Below, piece after piece: positions 34,202-40,706 of a DNA stretch of 40,706 nucleotides. The DNA is taken from positions 1-40,706 of the IMG/VR virus record IMGVR_UViG_3300036402_000115; one strand, given 5' to 3'. This stretch comes from a virus. Lineage: Duplodnaviria; Caudoviricetes. The notes beneath the pieces were generated by a model. That model was not told the DNA's origin. It did no database searches and saw only the letters and a program-made list of their open reading frames with translations. The position numbers and the translations under genes were made by a program. Within the stretch, counting starts at the first letter, position 1, and every line of letters begins with the position of its first letter.

Positions 34202-35932
34202 TTGACACTAGCCACTAGCCGCCGCGTCACCACCACCACCGAATCGATCCAAGCTGAGAGATTCCGCCGCTCGATGTACACCTACCTGGCCGGATACGAC
34301 CGTCCAGACGGGAGGCACGTCGAAGGCTGCTGGAAATGGGTAGACCCGTCGCCGTTCGTCGGAGGGTGGCACCTTCAAGCGATCAGCGAGCACCTCGAGG
34401 CTGTGATCGACCACGTGACCGGCAAGCCCGGCGGCATCCCCAGGCTGCTGATTAACGTCCCCCCGCGGACAGGGAAGAGCACCACTACCTCGGTCGCCTG
34501 GCCCACCCACACCTGGATCAACCACCCGGAGATCAGGTTCCTGTTCACCAGTTACGCTGAGAGGCTGGCGGTGCGTGACGCCCGCAAGTCGCGCCAGCTG
34601 CTGAACACCATGTGGTACCAAGCCAGGTTCGGGGATAGCTTCACACTGCTGGGAGACCAGAACGAGAAGAGCCGTTATGAGAACGACAAGGGTGGCTACC
34701 GGCTGTCCACCTCGTTCGGCGGCTCGAGCACCGGCGAGGGCGGAGATATCGTGGTGGCTGACGACCCACACAAAGCCGACGACGCGATCAACAGCGACCA
34801 GCTCCGTGAGGATGTGGTCGAAGAGTGGCAGCAGACCTACTCCTCGAGGCTTAACGACCCTGACCGCGGCGCGTTCGTGGTGATCATGCAGCGGCTCCAC
34901 GAGGCCGACCTGTCCGGGCATCTGGTCGCCGAAAGCGGATATGTCCACCTTTGCCTGCCGATGACCTACTCACCGCGGCACCCGTTCATCTGCCCGGAAC
35001 ATGTGGAGATCCCCTGGGCGATCACCGACGACGAGAGCGGCGAGGAGCTGACCGGCGTACGGGTGCTGACCGGTGATCCGAGAACCGAAGAGGGGGAGCT
35101 GCTCCAGCCTGACCGGTTCAGCGCTCGAGCTGTGGCCGCACTGACTAAGGATATGACGCCGCTTGTGGCCGCCGGACAGCTCGACCAGCTGCCCGCGCCG
35201 GAGAAGGGCGATATCTTCCAGCGGGAGCACCTCGAACAGTTCTGGGTTCCGGGCAAACCGGAGGCTTGCACAAGCTGCGAGACGCTGGGCTGGTTCATCT
35301 GCCCGACCTGCAAGGGCGACGGCCGGGTCAAACATGGTGACGAGAGCCGCGCATGCTCCTGCCTCGAGGGGAAGCGGGTATGTCCCCGGTGCCGCGGTGC
35401 TGGCGACGTGAATTACTATCCGAAGGTGTCCGAGACTGCGCTGTCTTGGGACATGGCGTTCAAGGACACTAAGACGTCGAGCTTCGTGGTCGGGGCGGTG
35501 TGGGGGAGGCAGGGCGCGAAGAAATACCTGCTCGACCTGGTGCGCGACAAGATGGATTTCCCGACCACTGTCCGGGCGTTCAAGGCGCAGGTGGCCCGCT
35601 GGCCGGAAGCAACGACCAAGCTGGTAGAGGACAAGGCGAACGGCCCGGCGGTGATTGCCACGCTCAAAGCCGAGATCGGCGGGATCATCCCACAGGGTGT
35701 GGAGGGGAGCAAGGTAGCTCGCGCTCGGGCGGTCAGCCCGCAATTCGAAGCTCACGATATCTACATTCCGCATCCGTCTATCGCGCCGTGGATCGGCACC
35801 TGGATCGACGAGCATCTCAAGTTTCCGAATGGTACACACGACGATCAAGTGGACACGACCTCTCAGATCTTGCTGCGCTGGGGCACCAAGGCTACCGGGG
35901 TCGGCCTCAGTGAACTCAAGGTCTGGGAATAG
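34202..35932 (+). CDS. terL: Terminase large subunit with an inserted DnaJ-type Zn finger
   Basis: Walker A LLINVPPRTGKST, TGEGGDIVVADDPH and IMQRLHEADL. Nuclease motifs SWDMAFK, VEDKANG, SKVARA and FPNGTHDDQVD. Start codon uncertain. Confidence 0.95.
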   Translation: MTLATSRRVTTTTESIQAERFRRSMYTYLAGYDRPDGRHVEGCWKWVDPSPFVGGWHLQAISEHLEAVIDHVTGKPGGIPRLLINVPPRTGKSTTTSVAWPTHTWINHPEIRFLFTSYAERLAVRDARKSRQLLNTMWYQARFGDSFTLLGDQNEKSRYENDKGGYRLSTSFGGSSTGEGGDIVVADDPHKADDAINSDQLREDVVEEWQQTYSSRLNDPDRGAFVVIMQRLHEADLSGHLVAESGYVHLCLPMTYSPRHPFICPEHVEIPWAITDDESGEELTGVRVLTGDPRTEEGELLQPDRFSARAVAALTKDMTPLVAAGQLDQLPAPEKGDIFQREHLEQFWVPGKPEACTSCETLGWFICPTCKGDGRVKHGDESRACSCLEGKRVCPRCRGAGDVNYYPKVSETALSWDMAFKDTKTSSFVVGAVWGRQGAKKYLLDLVRDKMDFPTTVRAFKAQVARWPEATTKLVEDKANGPAVIATLKAEIGGIIPQGVEGSKVARARAVSPQFEAHDIYIPHPSIAPWIGTWIDEHLKFPNGTHDDQVDTTSQILLRWGTKATGVGLSELKVWE

Positions 35933-35941
35933 GAGGGCGTT

Positions 35942-37405
35942 ATGCCGTTGGTAGACCTCATCGATGATGAGATGGAGACCGCCGATATCGAGCGGGCGAA
36001 GATGTTCAAGGCGGCCTGGGAGATCTACGACGGGAAGCACCCTGATTCGCTGCCGACCACCAGGGGGGTAAGCGGTAAGCCCGACGTCAACGACAACGTG
36101 AAGTACAACCTGTCGCGGCTGACGGTCGACAAGGGCGTGTCGTTCCTGATGGGTGGCCTCGACCAGGAGATCAAGTTTCAACTGGAAGAGCAGCCGGGCG
36201 ACGGAGACCCTGGTACTCAGGATCCCGGGTCAGCGGACCAGATCCCGTCGCGCCAGCCGAACACCGCAAGCCCAGACGAGGAATGGCTCGAATCGACCTG
36301 GGGGGCCAACCAGAAGAAGACGGTCCTGTCAGATATTGCCACCAACGGCGGTGTCTGTGGGCATTACTTCGTCAGGCTCTATGAAGACGGCGCTGTGATG
36401 AACCCCGAACTGCCGCGGATGGTCAACCTCGACCCTGCGTATGTCACCCCGATCTGGAAGGAAGACGACTACCAGATCGTTCTCGGCTACAAGATTCAGT
36501 TCCCGACCCGTGGCAAGCGGGTGCGCCGGACTCTGATCGAGCCGGACGTCCAGGATATCGAGAACTTCGACCCTCGGCAGGTGGAGCGCTGGATGATCAC
36601 CGACCAGGTTGCTGACGGGACGGCGCTCACCGCGAACGCCTGGTCTACCCAAAGCGAGGAGATCTGGGATCACCCGTTCTCTCCGGTCATCGACGGCAAG
36701 AACCTGCCCAGCCCGAACATGTACTGGGGCTACGGTGACCTCGAGGGTGGGCTGATCGAGATGAACCTGTCGATCAACCGTGCGCTCTCCTCGATGCAGA
36801 GGATCTTGCGGCTCCATGGTCATCCGAAGCCATGGGTCGCCGGTGTCACGCCGGATCAGATTCAGCTTCTGATCCAGGGTGTCGACCGGATCATCACGCT
36901 TCCCGTCGACGCAGAGTTGAAGCAGCTGGAGATGAGCGGCGACCTCTCCCCGATGGTCGAGTTCTACCGCCAGCTTAAGTCGGCGTTCCATGAGCAGGCG
37001 CACAACCCGCAGGTCGAGCCGGAGAAGCTCGGCTCAGCAGGGAGTTTGTCGGGGTTGGCGCTCAAGATCCTGTACCAGCCGCTGCTCGAGCAGACCGGCA
37101 CCAAGCGCGGAACCTACGGCGATTTCTTGCTGGAGCTTAACCGGCGGCTTCTGGTGCTGGGTGGTATCCAGCCGTCGCCGGTCAGCATCGCCTGGCCCGA
37201 CCCGCTGCCGATGGATATCAAGGAGACCACTGATGCGTTGGTGGCTCAGCGGGAGCTGGGGCTGTCTCAGGAGACCGCGCTCGAGCGGCTGGGTGAGGAT
37301 CCTGGGGTGGAAGAGGAGCGCCGTAACCGTGATTCGGTTTCGCTCGGTGCGGGCCTCGGCGGGATCCTCGGCTCGCCCGCGTTCAACGGTGGCACAGGCG
37401 CTTAA
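35942..37405 (+). CDS. Portal protein (SPP1 gp6-like)
   Basis: Follows TerL. Contains YDGKH, NLSRLTVDKGVSFL, SLSGLALKILYQPL, WPDPLP and LSQETALERLG. Confidence 0.92.
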   Translation: MPLVDLIDDEMETADIERAKMFKAAWEIYDGKHPDSLPTTRGVSGKPDVNDNVKYNLSRLTVDKGVSFLMGGLDQEIKFQLEEQPGDGDPGTQDPGSADQIPSRQPNTASPDEEWLESTWGANQKKTVLSDIATNGGVCGHYFVRLYEDGAVMNPELPRMVNLDPAYVTPIWKEDDYQIVLGYKIQFPTRGKRVRRTLIEPDVQDIENFDPRQVERWMITDQVADGTALTANAWSTQSEEIWDHPFSPVIDGKNLPSPNMYWGYGDLEGGLIEMNLSINRALSSMQRILRLHGHPKPWVAGVTPDQIQLLIQGVDRIITLPVDAELKQLEMSGDLSPMVEFYRQLKSAFHEQAHNPQVEPEKLGSAGSLSGLALKILYQPLLEQTGTKRGTYGDFLLELNRRLLVLGGIQPSPVSIAWPDPLPMDIKETTDALVAQRELGLSQETALERLGEDPGVEEERRNRDSVSLGAGLGGILGSPAFNGGTGA

Positions 37406-37432
37406 GGTCAACCACGGGAGAGGTGGCTAAAG

Positions 37433-37885
37433 ATGAAACCAGTACAGACGCCGGATTGTAACGCGCTTTATCACTTGGCGGGTGGCACCGCTGAGAACGA
37501 CCTGCCGATCGAGCGTGGTTACGGGCCGGATGGTGGGCCATATACGATCAGCGAGTGGGAGCTTACCCCGCCGGAGCGAGAAGCGCTCGCGTGCGGGGGC
37601 AGGATTCAGCTGTTGATGCGCACCCATGCGGTGCCGCCGGTGGCGCTGCTCGCTGTAGCCCGCAGCAGCTCCGGTGACGTGTACGTAGTCGAAGAGGGGG
37701 AGAAGACCGGCGGCACCGCGGTGATTCTCCCCGCCCAGGCGGAGCGGCTACGGGCGTGGCTCGGGGACAGTATTTCTATCCTCGAGGGGCAGCTCGCTGC
37801 AGACCCGAACAACGAGCGGATCAAGGACACCGTAGTCGAGATGCAGGACATTCTCGGCGACCTGCGCCCGCTCGAGGATCGCTAA
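37433..37885 (+). CDS. Hypothetical protein
   Basis: RBS GAGGT. Contains ISEWELTPPEREALACGGRIQL...PPVAL. Confidence 0.72.
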   Translation: MKPVQTPDCNALYHLAGGTAENDLPIERGYGPDGGPYTISEWELTPPEREALACGGRIQLLMRTHAVPPVALLAVARSSSGDVYVVEEGEKTGGTAVILPAQAERLRAWLGDSISILEGQLAADPNNERIKDTVVEMQDILGDLRPLEDR

Positions 37886-38182
37886 ATGGGGGTCGACACC
37901 ACGCAGATCGGGGTTAACACCGCTGAGATCATGGAACATCTCGGAGAGACCTACGCGGACGACGACACCGCGGTCGTCACAGAGGTGATCACCATCGTGA
38001 TGGTTAGCACCGACCTTCGGCCGACCTCGCCAGAATGGGACGAGATCGAGGAGGGTGAGGCGGTCGAAGACGAAGGTGGCACCTACAGCCACGTCCATTT
38101 CCGAGCCTCTACCCCGATGTGGGTGCATCAGCTTGGACTCGTGGAGGCCGCCCGGTGGGCGATCAAAGAAAACCGACTGTAA
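37886..38182 (+). CDS. Acidic hypothetical protein
   Basis: Abuts the previous stop. RBS GAGG. Confidence 0.7.
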   Translation: MGVDTTQIGVNTAEIMEHLGETYADDDTAVVTEVITIVMVSTDLRPTSPEWDEIEEGEAVEDEGGTYSHVHFRASTPMWVHQLGLVEAARWAIKENRL

Positions 38183-38335
38183 CCCCTCGCCTGGTGGGCG
38201 GTCTCGTCAAGTCGAGCGTCGGCACGGTGCACACCAGGCTTGTCGACCGGGAGCTTGGCATCCAGTATTACGACCCGCGGTTGCCGTATCTCGAGCGGTG
38301 CCGTATCCGTGGGGTAGAGCGGGTCGGGGTGTACG

Positions 38336-40003
38336 TTGGCGCGATCTAAAGCCCCTGCGGTCCTGGCTACTGCGCGCCGGTTCAGGCGAGATCTGCTGCG
38401 CGCGGACCAGCAGGCGGCGGCTGAGCTGATTGACGCGTACCGGCCGACACACGCTGCGATCCAGAAGCAGCTGGAGTCGATCCAGGCGCGTATCGAGGAT
38501 GCGGTCAACGCTGGCGAGCCGCTGGGCCGGTCGTGGCTCGGTCAAGAGAAGCGAGCACAGGTGCTCAGGCGGCAGATCGAGCAGGAGATGGCGAAGTTCG
38601 CCCCTCAGGCAGCTGACATTGTGGAGCGCAACCAGAGAGACAGGGTTGCTCGGGGACGGGCTGACAGCCGCGAACTGACCAGGCAGATGGAGGGGCGCAG
38701 AGGCCCGCGGGTTGATACGACCTGGAACGCGTTGCCGGACTCTGCGGTGGTCGATCTGGTGGGGTTTGCCCAAGACGGGTCGCCGCTCAAGGCGCTGTTC
38801 GATGCGCTAGGGCCTCAAGTCTCTCAGGCTATCCAGTCTGAGCTTGCCACAGGGCTGGCGTTGGGCCGGAACCCGGTGGTTGTCGCTCGGGCTGTCGCTG
38901 CCAAGTCAGGGATGGGCCTCGCTCGAGCTTTGACGATCAGCCGGACGGAGAGCTTGCGGGCGTACCGGGAGACCACCCGGAGGAGCTACGACGCCAGCGA
39001 GGCCGTCACCGGCTGGGTCTGGCTGTCGGCTAGGCAGACTTCGACGTGTGCTGCCTGTTGGGCGATGGACGGGACGAAGCACCCGAATAGCGAGTCTATG
39101 GCCGCTCACCCCAACTGCCGGTGTGCTATGCTCCCTGACACGGGTAGCCAGCCTGACTTCGGGAACGGACCGGCGCTGTTCGGCAAGTTGAGCGAGGCGG
39201 AGCAGAGAACTATCCTCGGCCCGTCCAAGCATGACGCGTTCAAGTCTGGGCAGATCAAGCTGGAGGACCTCGTCGTGGAGCGCCGGTCTGCAGATTGGGG
39301 TAATTCAGTGCAGGTGGCCAGCTTGGAGAAGGCAAAAGCAGCGGGCAGTAGCTCACCGGCGGCCGAAAAGATCTGGCCGGTGGAAGAGAGCAGAGACCTC
39401 GCAGAGATCCGCCGGTTCGCGGATAACTACAAACGCAGCGACCTCACCAAGGACGAGGAGGAAGCTCTGCTGCGTTACATGGGCAAGGACTACCAGGCGA
39501 TCCAGGGTTGGCTGCGCGCGAAGGATCCAACCCCTGCTGTGGTGGAGAACCTGGCGTCGGCCATCGACTCGGCTCTCAAGAAGAACGTGCTGGGGCAGGA
39601 GCGTCCGCTGTACCGCGGTGTGGGACACGGAGCCTTCGGCAACACAAAGATAACCAAGGCGGGCGAGGTGGACAAGCTCGTAGGCAAGACCTTCAAGGAC
39701 TCTGCTTTCCAGAGCACCAGCCTCGACCCTGCCATCTCTTCTACTTTCGCCGACACAGTTACGGTGTTCGACGCTTCGGGGGCTGGCCATTACACTAAGC
39801 ACGTGCTAGAGATTAAGGGGCGAGCCGACACGCGGGGGCTGTTCATGCCGTCTGTCGAAGATGCCGCCGACACGTTCGTGCAAGCGGAGTTCCTGCTGCC
39901 GAGGAACACAGAGCTGCGCATCATCGGTATCAGGCGGAGGAAAGCTTCATTCTCTGGCGCGCTCCGATACGAGGAGGTGACCATTGAAGCGGAAATCGTC
40001 TAA
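38336..40003 (+). CDS. Minor head protein (MuF / SPP1 gp7) fused to a C-terminal ADP-ribosyltransferase domain
   Basis: MuF part: RALTISRTESLRAYR, TCAACWAMDG, HPNCRC. ART part: ALLRY...YQAIQGWLR, LYRG, FQSTS, QAEFLLPRNT. Confidence 0.9.
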   Translation: MARSKAPAVLATARRFRRDLLRADQQAAAELIDAYRPTHAAIQKQLESIQARIEDAVNAGEPLGRSWLGQEKRAQVLRRQIEQEMAKFAPQAADIVERNQRDRVARGRADSRELTRQMEGRRGPRVDTTWNALPDSAVVDLVGFAQDGSPLKALFDALGPQVSQAIQSELATGLALGRNPVVVARAVAAKSGMGLARALTISRTESLRAYRETTRRSYDASEAVTGWVWLSARQTSTCAACWAMDGTKHPNSESMAAHPNCRCAMLPDTGSQPDFGNGPALFGKLSEAEQRTILGPSKHDAFKSGQIKLEDLVVERRSADWGNSVQVASLEKAKAAGSSSPAAEKIWPVEESRDLAEIRRFADNYKRSDLTKDEEEALLRYMGKDYQAIQGWLRAKDPTPAVVENLASAIDSALKKNVLGQERPLYRGVGHGAFGNTKITKAGEVDKLVGKTFKDSAFQSTSLDPAISSTFADTVTVFDASGAGHYTKHVLEIKGRADTRGLFMPSVEDAADTFVQAEFLLPRNTELRIIGIRRRKASFSGALRYEEVTIEAEIV

Positions 40004-40088
40004 GCCTTTGCCTCGGCCGCCGGTCAAGGCATCTCCCAGGTTTACCACAGGCACCAACGACCTAAAGCCTGTAAGCAAGAAGAAGTAG
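39984..40088 (+). CDS. 34-aa basic peptide (MKRKSSKPLPRPPVKASPRFTTGTNDLKPVSKKK), candidate ART partner; not in the ORF track
   Basis: GAGGAGGTGA RBS before TTG 39984. Overlaps the 3' end of the MuF-ART gene. Confidence 0.5.
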   Translation: MKRKSSKPLPRPPVKASPRFTTGTNDLKPVSKKK

Positions 40089-40164
40089 CCCATGACACCG
40101 GGTGGGTTAAACGGGACAACTCATGGCGGGCGTCCGGTGCGTCTGCTATCCTAGGAGGCACAAG

Positions 40165-40706
40165 ATGCTGCATCGTATTCGTTCTCGCTCCGGTCTTTCA
40201 GGTCTCGACGCTCTCCTCGAGGGCGACGTCCTGTTTTTCCGAAGCGGTGACGGTGGCGACGGCGACGGAGCTGGTGGCTCCGGCGGCGGAGGCGGCGGTT
40301 CGTCCGACGAGGACGACGAAGACGGCGACGACGGCGACACCGGTAGTGCCGGTGGCGACGGCGACGACGGCTCCGACGACGACGACGAGGAAGCGGAGCG
40401 CGATGCCCGCGTTCGCAAAGCGAACAAGCAGGCAAAGAAGCTCCGACTACAGTTGAAGGAGGCCAACGCAGAGTTGGCCAAGCTCAAGGGTGGTAGTGGT
40501 GCCTCGGACTCGGAGAAGGAGCAGGCCGAACAGGCGATGGCGGAAGCTCGCCAGCGTGCAGAACGTGCAGAGCAGAAGCTGATCCGTATCGAACGCGAGA
40601 ACGTAATCACGAAGGTGGCTACTGATCTCAAGTTCGCCGATCCCGACACCATCGTTGCGATGGCCGAGACCGGACGGATCGACGACCTCGACCCGGAAGA
40701 CCCCGA
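40165..40706 (+). CDS. Capsid scaffolding protein, N-terminal part (runs off the end and continues at nt 1-433)
   Basis: RBS AGGAGG and ATG 40165. Reads MLHRIRSRSG...LFFRSGDGGDG, then a Gly/Asp tract and a coiled-coil. Confidence 0.85.
   Translation, partial: MLHRIRSRSGLSGLDALLEGDVLFFRSGDGGDGDGAGGSGGGGGGSSDEDDEDGDDGDTGSAGGDGDDGSDDDDEEAERDARVRKANKQAKKLRLQLKEANAELAKLKGGSGASDSEKEQAEQAMAEARQRAERAEQKLIRIERENVITKVATDLKFADPDTIVAMAETGRIDDLDPEDP
40497..40706. repeat. Terminal direct repeat, right copy
   Basis: Matches nt 1-210 with one mismatch. Confidence 0.97.

Noticed and set aside
35267-35410. Intein in TerL
   Set aside because: The insert is only about 48 aa, with no terminal His-Asn or splicing blocks.
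31251-36181. Long minus-strand ORFs 31251..32492, 34208..34948 and 34970..36181
   Set aside because: Antisense shadows of the fibre-like, TerL and portal genes.
38194-38349. Possible 51-aa ORF (VGGLVKSSVG...) before MuF
   Set aside because: It fills a gap but has no RBS or motif, so support is insufficient.
40247-40390. GACGGCGAC-type microsatellite
   Set aside because: Explained by the Gly/Asp low-complexity linker of the scaffolding protein.
1-40706. Apparent abundance of CTCGAG, GTCGAC and GATC sites as evidence of restriction-resistant modified DNA
   Set aside because: Largely explained by common codon pairs (CTC-GAG, GTC-GAC, ATC). It cannot be assessed without a codon-aware count.

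Overview
The window is an apparently complete, circularly permuted dsDNA tailed-phage genome of siphovirus type. Unit length is about 40,496 bp, because nt 40497-40706 repeat nt 1-210 with one synonymous mismatch. It is high-GC and probably infects an actinobacterial host (inference). Nearly all genes are on the + strand. Nt 1-13553 hold scaffold, capsid, head-tail joining, tail, tape measure, minor tail and lysis genes. Nt 13800-15021 hold a short leftward operon. Nt 15145-30347 form an early/replication region with a C5 methyltransferase, a secreted lysozyme-like protein, a Cas4/RecB-like nuclease, a Sak4-like ATPase, SSB, an HTH initiator with iterons, RNase H and a RuvC-like resolvase. Nt 31134-40706 hold TerS, TerL, portal, MuF and the scaffold start. 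The most notable system is a 2-aminoadenine (Z-DNA)-type cluster: a PurZ0-like enzyme (GSEGKG), dUTPase, an Nmad1/MazG-like protein, a nucleoside deoxyribosyltransferase and a second MazG. I could see no DNA polymerase, primase, helicase or HD-domain dATPase. Other oddities are a MuF-ADP-ribosyltransferase (QxE) fusion with a candidate tiny immunity ORF, a DnaJ-type zinc finger inserted in TerL, two paralogous antisense genes, an ORF with three in-frame RBS-ATG starts followed by an SD-ATG-TAG minigene, and recurrent start-associated motifs. I recognised no integrase, repressor, tRNA or CRISPR array. All functional calls come from motif recognition by eye, with no database searches.
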